NCBI RefSeq assembly: GCF_006345805.1
Contig: NC_043002.1
Location: forward strand, 76,446,001-76,510,000
DNA length: 64,000 nt
Reading direction: 5' to 3'
DNA from: Octopus sinensis
Taxonomy: Eukaryota
Positions 24,538 to 39,307 of this stretch are shown in pieces; position 1 is the first letter of the stretch; every line of letters starts with the position of its first letter. A program made the translations under genes and the position numbers. The notes under the pieces were generated by a model. The model was given only the letters and a program-made list of their open reading frames with translations. It made no database searches and was not told where the DNA came from.

Positions 24538-25922
24538 CTAGCATTATGACCCGGCGTTGCCGGGTCATAGAGCTAGTTTGGTATAAATTTGTTAAATTAA
24601 AAATTTGGGGTAATAAAACATACAATGACATATCAAAAAGACGAATTAAAATTCCAGAGAAAAATTCATAGAAGATAAATATACAAATTTACAAAAATAC
24701 ATAAAAGTTCATCTCCGTTTCGGAGATGCGCCAATTAATATGAAACATATCATATATTTAAAATTGACACTTCCCTCGCCAGGATGTTTTTTACACACAA
24801 CACATAGTACACGGAAACAAATGCACAATTACATACCGGCTACATGCGAAAGACCAGACATTACGTACTCCCCAAAATTCTCATAGATACTGAAGGCTAC
24901 TTTATAAGCATATAATTCAATCTAGCAGCTATAGTAAATGGTATGCGCACAGCTCCATCTGGACTAATTCACTTCTGCACTCAATTAAATTTTTAATCTT
25001 TTAATTTCTCCCATTCATGCAAAGCTACATATTCGAGTTCAGGTCCTTGATGCATTTTATACTAATTGCTATTTTTTCTTTTAATTGTTATATTACGATT
25101 TAATTACCATACTTTAGTTTCATTTTAATTACTACTTACTATATTTACTATATTTAATTCAATTGTTATTATTACCTATAAATTTTATTTCTACTTTTAT
25201 TTTTAAATTACTTATGGAACGTCGAGTGGATCTTATGCGTACAATATATTTTTATATGATGTCTATATATTTATATATTATTATATATTTATAAACGTTG
25301 GGCTTTATATCTGTTCTGTAGATATAAATGAATATATGAATATATGTATGTGTTTGATCTTTCTGTGGATTTTGTAGTGCTCTTGTAGTTGCTGCTCGCA
25401 TCGCCTCCCCTCGGATTAAAAAGTGTATACAGCTCATTTGAGCACTACTATTCCAGCCTGTTATATATTTTGAGCGTTGTTGTCACTAACGATCTCAAGA
25501 TATAACTTTATATTTTGTAATATATATATACATCCATATACATACAATAGAGAGATGTTTTGTTTCACTTTTAACACGTAATACTGAAATAGTGGAGAAG
25601 ATATGATATTGCTGTGGGCTCGCCCTAGGAAAGACGTCGAACATTTTTTGGCTCATGAAACTACATGGACCCTAAGTAAGGCATGTGTAAAATTTGAATG
25701 AAATTGGTTGTGTAATTTTCAAGTTTTAGGGAATCATAGTGGAGATGATATGATATTGCTGTGGGCTCGCCCTAGGCAAAAAGTAAAAATTTTTTTGCCG
25801 ATGACACTTCCCGGACCCTAAGTAAAGCATGTGTAACATTTGAATGTAATTGGTTGTGTAGTTCTCAAGCTTTAGGGAAACACACAGACAGACACACATT
25901 CTCAGTTTTATATTTATAAAGA
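24538..25922 (-). mobile_element. Non-autonomous Helitron in (TA)n
   Basis: A|TC at 25922, CTAG|T at 24538, hairpin tgacccggc-aac-gccgggtca; ~147-bp tandem duplication (25589/25736). Confidence 0.75.
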
Positions 25923-25928
25923 TATATA

Positions 25929-25996
<68 letters not shown>

Positions 25997-25997
<1 letters not shown>

Positions 25998-26138
25998 GAG
26001 GGGCGTTGAAAAGTTCCTGGCTTCAAGATATTCCCCTCTCAAATTCACACACTTATTCTAGCGGTCCTTCATTTCGTCTAAGCCCTGTAAAGGAAGTCAG
26101 AAGTTTGGGCCTCCAACCAGGCCTTTCGGCACGCCCTA
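25997..26138. mobile_element. Internally deleted mariner-type MITE
   Basis: TA|cgaggggcgttgaaaagttcctggct TIR, same end motif as 24432. Confidence 0.5.
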
Positions 26139-26324
26139 AGCTAATTTCGTTCCTATACTTAAGTGGCAAATCAATTCCCACCTAATAAGGATCCAATAGT
26201 TTCTTTCTGTCCGCCTGTCTGTCTATCTCTTTCAGCTAGGCTTTGTATATATTTACTGAATATTCATAATAAGCCATTCTGTGACAAAAGCCTGCATTAG
26301 TACCATTCCAACATTCTTTTCTAC

Positions 26325-26930
26325 TCTAGGCATATGGCCCGAAATCTTTGGGGATGGGGCCAGTCGATTTGTACGCAACTGGTACTTAATTTATCGACCC
26401 CGAAACGATGAAAGGCAATGATTACCTCGGCGGAATTTGAACTCAGACGAAAGACCGCTAAGCATTTCGTCCGGCGTGCTAAATTCTACCAGCTCGCCGC
26501 CTTTGTTCTTTTCTATTCTGGGCACAAAGCCTCACATTTTGGGGAAGGGATTAAGTTGATTACATTGACCCCAGTGCATAAGTGGTACTATTTTAATCGA
26601 TCCCGAAAGGATGAGAGGCAAAGTCGACCTTGGCGGAATTTGAACTCAGAACGTAAAGACTAACGAAATACCTATTTCTTTACTACTCACAAGGGGCTAA
26701 ACGCAGAGGGGACAAACAAGGACAGACAAACGGATTAAGTCGATTATATCAACCCTAGTGCGTAACTGGTACTGTTTTAATCGACCCCGAGAGGATGAAA
26801 GGCAAAGTCGACCTCGGCGGAATTTGAATTCAGAACGTAACGGCCGACAAAATACCTATTTCTTTACTACCCACAAGGGGCTACGCATTTCGCCCGGCGT
26901 GTTAACGTTTCTGCCAGCTCACCGCCTTAA
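26325..26930 (-). mobile_element. SINE family B multimer
   Basis: Repeated aaggatgaaaggcaaagtcgacctcggcggaatttgaactc units about 185 bp apart. Confidence 0.8.
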
Positions 26931-27213
26931 TACCATTCCAATATTATCGAACTGAATGTGACCCCACATCTAGGCCAACATCTCAATCATTCAGTTGTTG
27001 AATCTATGAGTTTCTCCACAGGGGATTATTTTTCATTATTTTACCAGCAAGGCAAGAAATAATTGCTCGCACTAGATTAATTAATTTGTGTATTATAACA
27101 GAGTATTCGGTAATTCTCCTATGATCACTAATTGACAAATCTGAAACCACAGAACAATTTATTCTGTATATTAATTGATATGTAAAATAAATGTGTGTGT
27201 ATAATAAAAATAA

Positions 27214-27357
<144 letters not shown>

Positions 27358-27544
27358 GATGTGTTGTGTGTGTGTGTGTGCGTGTTCGTGTAGGGAGGAA
27401 AGAGATTATGCGCGATTTTCCCGATTGTAATCCATCGAAGATGAAAGAGGGATTCCAATTCGTTTGAAAATGAAAACCCTTCTGCTCTCTCTCTCTCTCC
27501 CTCTCTCTCTTTGTATGTATGTATTTGTGAATCTATCCATCCAT

Positions 27545-27700
<156 letters not shown>

Positions 27701-28421
27701 CTGTCTGTCCCTCTCCATCTCTTTATAGTACAGAAACAATTGCAACGAATCATTACTAAGTGAATGATGCAAGGATTGTTCCAATACATTTGTAGGCTGG
27801 TGAGATCTGTGTAGTAGTTACCCATCCTGGATCTTGCCTGTCTAGGAGGGCCTGCAAATGAGAGGAGCACAGCACCTCAACCCTTTGCTAACCAATGTCT
27901 TTTCAAAAATGTCTGTATCTCTAATTAACAAATCTAAGATACTTGATAATATATTAAGAGTATTGACTAATACATAGGTCTGCGCAAGAACGAGAGAGAG
28001 ACCTCCTAACTATTAAATGATATATTGTCTTACAAAACTATTTCTAGAAGTAAATTATATGTATACGTCAAATCACATTAACAATATTATTTAATTTTTA
28101 AATTGTATTATGTATGATTATTATTATTATTATTATTATTATTGTTAAATATTAATTTATATATAATATTTTGATAATTATTAGTTACGATACGTATATC
28201 TATTTGATTTATTATATTTATTATTATTTTCATAAAGTGATTTAACGTATTGCATATAATTTACTTTGGTTGCCTTGTTAACCACAAATGAAGAATATTT
28301 ACCCACCGATACGGTGTTGAACACGCATTCTCACTGTTGGATATTAGCACATATAAGTGTGTATGGCAAGTATGGTGTGTGTGTGTGCATGCGTATATAT
28401 ATATGTGTGTGTGTGCATGCG

Positions 28422-28463
<42 letters not shown>

Positions 28464-28618
28464 TGAGTGAGCGAGTGTGTATCCATTGGTCCACTGTAGT
28501 TCAATCTGAGAAAATCTGAGTTTTGCGTCAGCGAGGTGAATTCTGCTGAAAAGACTATTTTACTCTCACAATGACTCATATTGCACGCGCGCACGCACAC
28601 ACACACACACGCACACAC

Positions 28619-28665
<47 letters not shown>

Positions 28666-29323
28666 ACACACACACACACATACACTTCCCATTCTTTTGT
28701 CTCTCGCTTCGATCCCCTGTCGATTTCGTCAAAGTGCATTCCAGTTATTTGATTAACTGGAATACATGTATACCAGTAGTTCGATTAACTGGAATACATG
28801 TGGAATACACATAGTGCAAATAATGAAGCGTACGTGAAAATGGCTGAGCTTTCCATATACGAGTACAGTCAAAGTAATTCTCAAGTAACATTAGCATCAG
28901 TGACTATGAGAAGGCTGGATCAATCAGTTACAGTTACAGTCCCATAGATAGGCTTCCACACAGTTTCCGTCTACTCAGTTTCACTCACAAATTTTGGAAT
29001 GACTCCAGGCTTATAGTAAAAGAAACTTTCTCAAGGTACCACATTTTATGATGGAACTCGGAATCTCGTGATTGCCAACCAGAGTTTTTATCCATTTCTC
29101 AGCCCTGTGCCAATGATTTTCACTTTCTCCCGCCTCCATAATTACTTCTATTTTCACTTTTATATATAGCCACACACACATATCCCAGACACACGCACAA
29201 ACACACCTACACACCACATGCACCATACATGTCACACACGCACACAAAAGTATAATCTCTCACACATGCATAAATTAATATATACGCATTTACAAATTAA
29301 AAGGACGCACACATTCAAACACG

Positions 29324-29367
<44 letters not shown>

Positions 29368-29576
29368 CCCCCACACACCCACACACACAGGTCTAGTGAT
29401 ACTCATAAACACACTCAAATATACACTCAATCAAATAGACTCGAAAATTTATGTGCGTCGATATGGGTGTGTCAGTATATACATGCGCACGCGCGTGCAC
29501 ATAAATACATACACATATACATGCATTCACACACATATATGTATATATATATATATAAACATACATATATATATAA

Positions 29577-29607
<31 letters not shown>

Positions 29608-30227
29608 AACACACACACACACATATGTACATATATGAGTAGTGTCGTGTATGTGTGTGCGGGTATGTAGTTACATGTTTGCATGAGCCATATGTATGTA
29701 TATGAGTACATTTATGCATGCGTATGTGACATATAACGCATTACCTTGCAGGTGTATGTATATACGTACTGGAAAGTGTACATAAACAGACAGATAAGTG
29801 AAATAAGGGTAAAAGATAATAGAAAAAAAAAGAATAAAAATAAAAATCTATTATCTGGAGAGTTATAAGATTTCCTAGGTGAGTAGTGCTCTGGAAAGGT
29901 TATGTAATGAGGAGAACGGTTCAATGAGGGATAAAAATTGTCATCTTCTTATCTTGAATTCTTATCATTAAACCTTACAATGGTAGGCTGATGAGGGCAA
30001 GATCACGAAACGTACAACTGTCTATGGTAAGTAAAAGATAATCCGTATTTGGACGTCAATAACTTTGATAACTGTTTTCCTTGTTCGTTGCTGTTGCTGA
30101 TTATATTCAGTTTGTAGTTGTTGATCGGAGATAGGAGCTGGCTCCGAGGTTGAATAAGTGATTCTAACATCTACCAAACATGAGAGAGATAACATTTGTT
30201 TCTCTAAGAAAAATAAGAAAACCTTCA

Positions 30228-30512
30228 ATTTTACTTGTTTCAGTCATAGACCGCGGCCTTAGTTGGGAACCCCATTATAGGGTTTAGTCGAACAAATCGA
30301 ACCTAATACATCTATTCGTCTCTCTTTTTCTTTTAAAGAGTCTGTCATTTATTCTATCGGTCTTTTATGCCGATCGGCTAAAATACTGGAACGCAAACAA
30401 ACCAACGCCGGTTGTCAAATGGTAGTGTGCTGGAACAAACACAAATACAAAGTCACACATACATACATACATACATACATACATACATACATACATACAT
30501 ACATACATACAA

Positions 30513-30546
<34 letters not shown>

Positions 30547-30640
30547 GTATGACGGGCTCCCACAGTATTTCTGCTAGCAAAATTCACTCGTAAAGCATTG
30601 GCTAACCTGGAGGTATATTAGAAGACGATTGCCTAAGGAG
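30228..30640 (-). mobile_element. SINE family A, diverged
   Basis: ttttacttgtttcagtcat tail; attctatcggtctttt block. Confidence 0.65.
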
Positions 30641-30652
30641 TCGCGCATTGTA

Positions 30653-30720
<68 letters not shown>

Positions 30721-31087
30721 TGTATGTAATTGTGTGTGCATGCGCTTCAGTGTGTGTATGTAGGTACACATGTGCATATACTGTATATGTAAATAGATAT
30801 ACAGATCGCGTGCGTCAGTTTTTTGAGCTCGCTTCTTTCAGGGGCTTTAACTTTCTTGTAACTTATGTTTTTTATCTTAGTTTTCAGATAAATAATGTTA
30901 TACATCAGATTGACTCAGCAGATACACGCTGTAATCGTTACCTTGAAATGGCAGCATAGTGATACAGAGACCCATAAACTTCAGTAGCATCGTTCCATAT
31001 GGGACATCCACATTTAGGTGACAAATATACTTCACGATATATATATATATAATTAACATCGAACTTAGTAAAATGAATAACAGAACA

Positions 31088-31261
31088 TAGGCGCAGGAGT
31101 GGCTGTGTGGTAAGTAGCTTGCTTACCAACCACATGGGTTCCGGGTTCAGTCCCACAGCGTGGCATCTTGAGCAAGTGTCTTCTACTATAGCCTCGGACC
31201 GACCAAAGCCTTGTGAGTGGATTTGGTAGACGGAAACTGAAAGAAGCCCGTCGTATATATG

Positions 31262-31315
<54 letters not shown>

Positions 31316-31560
31316 ATATATATAATATGTGTGTGTATGTTTGTGTGTCTGTGTTTGTCCCCCCCCCCCTAGCATTGCTTGACAACCGATGCTGGTGTGT
31401 TTACGTCGCCGTCACTTAGCGGTTCGGCAAAAGAGACCGATAGAATAAGTACTAGGCTTACAAAGAATAAGTCCCGGGTTCGATTTGCTCGACTAAAGGC
31501 GGTGCTCCAGCATGGCCGCAGTCAAATGAGTGAAACAAGTAAAAGAGTAAAAGAGAGAGT
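31088..31560 (+). mobile_element. SINE family A, reference-like full-length copy
   Basis: ggcgcaggagtggctgtgtgg head with A box, gggttcagtccc B box, CORE-like block, central (TA)n, tail (gagtaaaa)n. Confidence 0.9.
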
Positions 31561-31814
31561 AAAGAGAGAACACAGGAAAAATAGGCTCCAAATTGTCCTG
31601 AGCGTTGTAAATGGTCCCCGGGACTCGCTTTTGCGCTTCAATTAGAAACCTTGATCGTCGACTTGTGTTATTACGGATCAATTCCAATTTCGGGAAAAGC
31701 GTAATACCGTTCACCATGAGCTTATTGTTTCATCTGGGATCAGTGAAATATGAATAAGTGATAAAGGAGTATTGATGTACTAACCTATCTAACGAGGTGG
31801 TAACAGCTGCATGA

Positions 31815-32137
31815 GGAGGCGCAATGGCCCAGTGGTTAGGGCAGCGGACTCGCGGTCGTAGGATCGCGGTTTCGATTCCCAGACCGGGCGTTGTGAGTGT
31901 TTATTGAGCGAAAACACCTAAAGCTCCAGGACGCTCCGGCAGGGATGGTGGTGATCCCTGCTGTACTCTTTCACTACAACTTTCTCTCACTCTTACTTCC
32001 TGTTTCTGTTGTACCTGTATTTCAAAGGGCCGGCCTTGTCACTCTCTGTGTCACGCTGAATATCCTCGAGAACTACGTTCAGGGTACACGTGTCTGTGGA
32101 GTGCTCAGCCACTTACACGTTAATTTCACGAGCAGGC
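31815..32137 (+). mobile_element. tRNA(Arg)-like SINE, head C + tail 1 (3'-truncated)
   Basis: Near-identical to 6259-6638. Confidence 0.9.
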
Positions 32138-32244
32138 ATTTTTCTGTGGCTCTGACGAGCCAGTCAATCTGCCTCTCAGTAATGGTTAGTTCTCATTACT
32201 CTGTAAGGAGCATAGAGTCGGTTTCCCAGTTTCTCTGGCATATA

Positions 32245-32760
32245 CAGAGTGTCCCAAATGTCACTGATGGGTTTCAGTTTTTAATAACTTCCTTAACTTC
32301 ACAAATAAATGCATGAAATTTTGATACAATATAAAAGACAATGGAAATTAATATGCATTAGTCAAATTTTGCATCACCACTACTTCACATATGAAAAATG
32401 ACATCGCTTAAATGGCAGCCATTTTCGGCTTCCTATACCTGTGCTCCTTCCAAAACTTGCACCATAATACCCTCAAGATTTTCAGACTCCACTTCTCTGA
32501 TTTCCCTATTGATGTTCTCCTTCAGTTGCACCAGGGTCTCCCGTTTGTTGACGTAAACCCTCTCTTTCAGGTAACCCCACAAAAAAAAAAAAAAAAAAAA
32601 ATCGAGTCTAGCCAAGACTAGGGAACGTGAAGGCCAGTTGATATTGCCGTAGCGGGAGATTGTTCTCTACCCAAAGCACTGCCGTAGCAACTACATTGTT
32701 TCTCTTCCGGTATGAACAGTTGCCCCATCTTGCTGGAACCACGTGTGAGGTCTACTTTAA
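32245..32760 (-). pseudogene. Tc1/mariner-superfamily transposase relic, DD41D (rosa-like), with 3' TIR
   Basis: WFQQDGATVHT...WPSRSLVLARLDFF...LWGYLKERVY...LKENINREI; 41 residues between the two aspartates by my count; TA|CAGAGTGTCCCAAA end. Confidence 0.85.
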
Positions 32761-32814
32761 ACGGCCGGGAGCAAAAAGGTCTCAATCATGGATACCTGAA
32801 AGAGAGGGTATCCA

Positions 32815-33361
32815 TGAGTGGTATTGGTGGTGGTGGTGGTGGTGGTGGTGGTGGTGGTGATGGTGGTAATAGTGGAGGTGTTGGTAGTGATAATGTCTGA
32901 GTGTGTCTATGTGAGTCTTTCTTTGGGCTTGTAATTGCTCCCTAACCCAAAGCTTGGCAACCGGTGTTGGTTTGATTACGTTAAAAAATACAGGAGTCGA
33001 TTTGTTCGACCTTCGAAGCGGTGCCCTAGCATGGCAGTAGTCTAGTAACCGAAACAAGCGAGTTTTAAAGGGTAAAAAAAAAAGTCCTAACTAAATACTA
33101 CAAGCATTTTGTCCGATGACCTAATAACTCTGCTAAATCTATTGTTCTTGTTTCAACAAATACTTATTACCATTATTAATGGAACTATTCTTTTATTATT
33201 GTTATATTTCGGGACGGTCACTTTTTTGTTGCAAAAATATACACACGCACTATATATTCGTTCTTCACTTCAGCTTTATCAATGTTCCTAAATTTTTCAT
33301 CACACATCCTCTGACCCTTCAGAGACTCCTCCATCCCACGTGTCTCCTCCTCGCCCTGAAG

Positions 33362-33441
<80 letters not shown>

Positions 33442-33448
33442 ACTACTT

Positions 33449-33487
<39 letters not shown>

Positions 33488-34022
33488 TACAACTTCTACT
33501 ATTTCTACCACCACCACCACCACACCACCACCGCCGCCGCGTTTACAAAGACGACGGCAACGATCATGACCACCACCACCACAACCACCACCACCACCGC
33601 CACCACGGCTCCCTCCACTACCATCGTTGCCATTACTAGCATCACTGCTAGCAATACTAGTTTTGTCTCACATAATTTATCACTACCAACATTATCATTA
33701 ACAGTTATATAGATGCCATATAATTGCTATTTTCCCTCCTATCATCTTAAGCCACCACCACCACCACCACCACCGCTACCACTTCGATCATCAACACAAC
33801 CGCCGTCATCTTCACTATCACTACCACCATTACCACCACTACTACTATCATAATCACTACCAATTCCTTCACTATTACCACCATCACTAACACCACCACC
33901 ACCAACACCACCACCACCACCACCACCATTACCACCACTGCCAACACCACCACCACCACCATTCCCACCTCCAACAATAACTGTCCGCCCCCGCAACCGC
34001 GATTACCACCACTACTACCACC

Positions 34023-34069
<47 letters not shown>

Positions 34070-35590
34070 GAACACCATTACGCCCCACCACCACCACCAC
34101 CACCACCACCACCACACAGCCACTTTCACCATCACATCCCTCGTCACCGACTTCACACTCCCCACTACATCACCACTACCACCACTACCACCACCAACAC
34201 CAACACCACCATCACCACCACCACCACCACCACCACCACCACCACCACCACCACCACCACCACCACCACCGCCGCCACCACCAGCCAGTATGTGTAAGTG
34301 AAAACAGGAATGTTCCTTGCCTGTTTTCTTACTGAAGTGTATGATTGCACTGAAGCATACAGCGGGCAACAGCTGTGGCTGTTATGGTAGATTATGGGTG
34401 CTATAGCAATGGCGGCGGTGGTGGCGAAGGTGGCAGTGGGTGTTTGAGGGGGCGTGGGGGGAGTTAACGGTGGGTTGTTGTGGTGTGGCGGTGGGTGGTG
34501 GTGGTGGTGGTGGTGGTAGGTGAGGGTGAGTTGAAGCACGATGTGTGACGGGTGGGCTGCTCTGGTATTGGTTTGGTGGGTGGTGCAGGCAGTGGACCGT
34601 GAAGACTGAAGAGCGACTCGGCTTCTTTGTGTCTCTCCCTCCGAGCTGAAAGGAGTATAAACAAATACCACAATAAAATACAACAACAACAGCAACTACT
34701 ACTACTACTATAAGACCTAATAGTAACAATAACTGTAAAATTAGCAATAGCAACAAGCAATAAACACATAGTAAGGGAACAAACAAAATAAATGAAAAAT
34801 ACATAAATAAGTAAATAAATTGAATGACTGAGTGAATGAATGAGAATGACACCAGCATCACCACGACGCCACCAGCACTAGCACCACATAAGCATCACCA
34901 CCACGCCACCATCACGTCGCTACCACTAGTACCTATTTCTTTATTACCCACAAGGGGCTAAACACAGAGGGGACAAACAAGGACAGACATAGGTATTAAG
35001 TCGATTACATCGACCCCAGTGCGTAACTGGTACTTAATTTATCGACCCCGAAAGGATGAAAGGCAAAGTCGACCTCGGCGGAATTTGAACTCACAACGTA
35101 ACGCAGACGAAATACCGCTAAGCATTTCGCCCGGCGTGCTAACGGCCAGCTACCACCGCGCTACCAGCAGCAGCAGCAGCATTACTACCACTCCATCAGC
35201 ACAACTACCACACGACCAGTACCACCACCACCACCACTAGCACTACGCCATCAGCACTACCACCACACCACCAGTATCACCACTACGCCACTATCACGCC
35301 ACCACCACCACTAGCACCACGCAATCAGCAGCACCACCTCCACCAAGCCACCAGCACCACCACCACGTCACCATTACGTCACCATCACCGGCACCACGCC
35401 GCCAGCACCACCACCACGTCACCATCACGCCACCAACACCACCATCACATCACCATCACGCTACTAGCACCACCACCACGCCACCAACATCACCACCACG
35501 CCACCATCAGGCCACCAGCACTACCACCACGCCACCAGCATCACCATCACGCCACCACCAGCACCAACAACAACCACAACTACTACAATA
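32815..35590. repeat. Compound trinucleotide low-complexity region (CCA, CTA, CTG, TGG)
   Basis: Long runs in both orientations; explains the poly-H/T/V/G ORFs. Confidence 0.9.
34930..35145 (-). mobile_element. SINE family B
   Basis: High-identity reverse-complement copy; further partial copies at 35600-35960 and 40965-41110. Confidence 0.85.
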
Positions 35591-36007
35591 AAAGTTTCAA
35601 AATTTGGCACGAGTTCAGCAACTTTTTAAGCGAAGAGATTGGTCGATCACATGGAACCCTGTACTTGACTGGTACTGCATTTTATCGAGCAACCCCTCAA
35701 GAGCAGGAAAGGCAAATTCGACCTCAGCGAAATTTGACTGCTGCAATAAATAACTCTTTCTGCTTTAGGCACAAGGTCTGAAATTTTGTGAGATGGGGGT
35801 TAAGTCGATTACATGCCCCCACCCCAGGGCTTAACTGGTATTTATTTTATCGACCCCGAAAAGGATGAAAGACAGAGTCGACCAGGGCAGAATTTGAACT
35901 CAGAACATAAGGACGAACCTTCCAGCGTGCTAACGATTCTCCCAGCTCGCCGCCTTGACGGCTACAAAAAATGACAACAAAAAGAAAAAGAGCACTCATA
36001 GAGCGCA

Positions 36008-36257
36008 AACCTCCGCCAAAGCAACACCAACATCCTCTCAACGATTAGCCAGAGATGATTTTTAGAATGAGAATATCTGAAATAATCTCGACAGCTCTCA
36101 CAAACAAGAATACTAAAAATGAACCTGACCGTTCTCAAAAATTAAATAAAATAAAAACAGCAAAAATAATCCGGAATCCTTGTCCGGTACCGGATCGATC
36201 CCAAAATCTGATCAGTTCATGCCAGTCACGAAACCAAACAGCCCTGAAAGTTTCATC
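36008..36257. mobile_element. Possible Helentron/HINE-like fragment
   Basis: acctccgccaa start and ccggatcgatcccaaaatctgatcagttc...aaagtttcat block resemble such elements from recall only. Confidence 0.3.
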
Positions 36258-36438
36258 GTGGCTGTGTGGTAAGTAGCTTGCTTACCAGCCACATAGTTCT
36301 GGGTTCAGTCACATTGCGTAGCACCATGGGCAAGTGTCTTCTACTATAGCCTCTGGTCGATCAAAGCCTTGAGAGTGGATTTGGTAGACGGAAACTGAAA
36401 AGAAGCCCATCGTATATATATATATATTATATATAATA

Positions 36439-36482
<44 letters not shown>

Positions 36483-36805
36483 AGGTAGGGGTTGTAAATT
36501 CAACCCTCCATGGGATAACATATATCCAATATACTGCTAGAGAGGTACCCAACAAGACTAATACATAAATGTTAAAAATTGCGGTGCAATTAATTCATCT
36601 ACTGTATTATGTGGGCAAGGGTAAAATTATTACCGTAAATTAATAATACAAAATGGAGAAACATACCTAAATCAATCATCAACCATCAGATAATACTCAA
36701 TCAATACTTTATTAAACCATTACATAACAGCAATGACATTATACATAATATATTGCAAATATAACTAGACATGGAAATAGAAATAGAAAATACAATTACA
36801 TCATA

Positions 36806-36917
36806 TCTGACAGCTGTTTCGGCCGTGAAGACAGGTATGTCTCATTTAACCTATTAGCCATATAAAGCAGGTATAAATGAGACATTAACAAGGGTGTCTC
36901 ACGGCCTCTTCAGAGAA
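36806..36917 (-). ncRNA. Type I hammerhead ribozyme with canonical core and extended stem II
   Basis: TCT-CTGAAGA-GGCCGTGA...TCACGGCC-GAAAC-AGCT-GTC-AGA; palindromic stem III ACAGCTGT; GUC cleavage triplet. Confidence 0.85.
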
Positions 36918-37238
36918 TTTAATATAAGTATGAAAAAAATTTACATATAAATATAAAAATATAAAATATAACAATGTGTGCATAGACACTCATAATTCTA
37001 CACATATATATATACACACATTAATACAAAACAAACAAAATATATCAGTATACAATAACAAACACAGTTATTTTCCATATTGGACTCATAGTTCCATAAC
37101 CAACATCAAGGAAATACATGTACACTCACATTTAAATTTAAAGCAGACATATATATATAAAACAGTCCAGTTCATTAAAATGTATAACCATACAAAAAGT
37201 CAATAAAATTAATATTAACATTAATAATAATAATAATA

Positions 37239-37272
<34 letters not shown>

Positions 37273-38810
37273 CATGATTGTACCATGTAAAGCAAGCGGA
37301 CATCCACATATATACTCAATGAGTCGAATCCATCCATCCGCTTGATATTGATTTTCCTAGGTAGATTCAATTGGCTTATAGTTTTAAATTTGAATCACAA
37401 TGGAAATTTTACGGTTAGTTAGCCAAGAAACGCACATACGCACACGCACATCCACAGATCCTGCGCACATACATACATAATTATATGTATACACATACAC
37501 ATACACCCACACACATACACACATACATAGCCACATACACAGCCAAATCATAAATAAATAAATAAATAATATAAGAGGTATAATCGTAACTATACACATG
37601 GAAAAACAGAGGAACCCAACCGATTGCACATACATGCCCCCCCCCGTAAAACGACACCAAGGCCGCGGTATTAACTAAGAAGATCCACTCACATATTTCC
37701 ATAAAACATTAAATGCAAAGATACATATAATTATATCAAGATAGAGAATGTAATTTTTCATAAGGTACATAATTCATATGACACCGTATTTTTCGTAACC
37801 ATAGTGTTTTATAACTAAAAGTCTGCTAACTTAACCGCTATATGCTATATTCAAACATACGCTAAATTATAAAGTATATATTAAACATTTCCGTTTGACT
37901 ATCAAAAGACATAGAAATATATATATAATGGATATGTATGTATATATCTACATATAAATAAATAAATAAATGAATAAATAAATAGATAAATACCATAGAA
38001 AACAAATTAAGATAAATACAAAGGTACACCTAATATATAGTAATGCTAATATGTATATATCCACATATGCATAAAAGAATAGATAGATAGATAAATAACA
38101 TAAAATAAAATGAAGATATACATTGAAAAAAGTACATATATAAACTTAGTATCCAGGCTACTATTATGTAAACATTTACCTATAGATAATGAATAAATAA
38201 ATAGATAAATAACATAATGTACAAATCAAGATGAGTACAAATATAGACTAAATATATAAGACTGCTAATATGTATAAAGCCAAATGTAAGTAAATGAATA
38301 GGTTTATTAATAACTAACATACGATACAAATTTAGATGAGTACAAAGATACACTAAATATACAATATATAAGCCTGCCAAATAAAAACCTGCAAAAACCC
38401 ATATACTCATCCAAAACAAACAAAATCCAATATAGACTCACATTTATTACATATTAGTATTACAGTATCTAAAACCAGGTATCTAACTATGATACTCATA
38501 CACACTCTGCAATTTTGGAAATCTCCAAGAATATCATATTACTGTGTATATACCAAAATGTATATATTCTTTCTTGCCGCAGTGTATTTCCCTTATAAAC
38601 CAGGACAAAAAACCAAAAACAAAAAACAATTAATACAGAACATATATATTTATATACATGTGTAGCTACAAAATTATAAAATTATAAATTTATAAGTTGC
38701 TTGTTTTAAAATTGTAGAAGACTACTAGTATAATTAGATACAGAGGAGAGTTAAAATATTACTATTAGAAAAGCTAAGTTCTATTAAATCTAGAGAAAGT
38801 GTACGGTAGT

Positions 38811-39213
38811 TTATGAATGCAAAAAAAATTTTTTCATTATATTATTAATAATAGGCCTACCAGCTTTGATAATGAAAAAAATTTCATTAATACATAGAGA
38901 GCATTTTTTATTTTTTCCATTATATACAGGTGCGGAAGTTAGTATTTTCCAATTTAATTTAAAATCTAAGTTCTTACTTTTGAGTTCCCAAATATACGCA
39001 CTTAACCCCGTAGAGTACATCCTATTTTTATTTCTAAAAGTATATCTATGATAATTAAGTCTCTGTTTCAAGCTATTCATAGTTGCTCCGATGTATACCC
39101 TACTACTAAATTGTGTATCCACAGTGTATTGATAAACTACCTCTTTCTTGAGGCATTGATTACCAAACACACATTTATTTCTGTTTCTGAAATTACAGTT
39201 ATCAACAGGTTGG

Positions 39214-39215
<2 letters not shown>
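38811..39215 (-). pseudogene. PLE GIY-YIG endonuclease domain (ORF C-terminus)
   Basis: CNFRNRNKCVFGNQCLKKEVVYQ...RVYIGATMNSLKQRLNYH...STGLSAYIWELK...NWKIL...CSLCINE, uninterrupted frame. Confidence 0.85.

Positions 39216-39307
<92 letters not shown>

Larger units (their letters stand above)
36477..39215 (-). mobile_element. 5'-truncated Penelope-like element
   Basis: GIY-YIG coding end, about 2.3 kb AT-rich 3' region containing a hammerhead, (TA)n on both sides. Confidence 0.8.

Noticed and set aside
34606-34658. CTGAAGA...GAAA hammerhead-like spacing
   Set aside because: Stems I and III cannot be formed.
33179-34864. ORFs of 100-177 aa rich in H, T, V, G or L
   Set aside because: Trinucleotide repeat artefacts with no domain signal.
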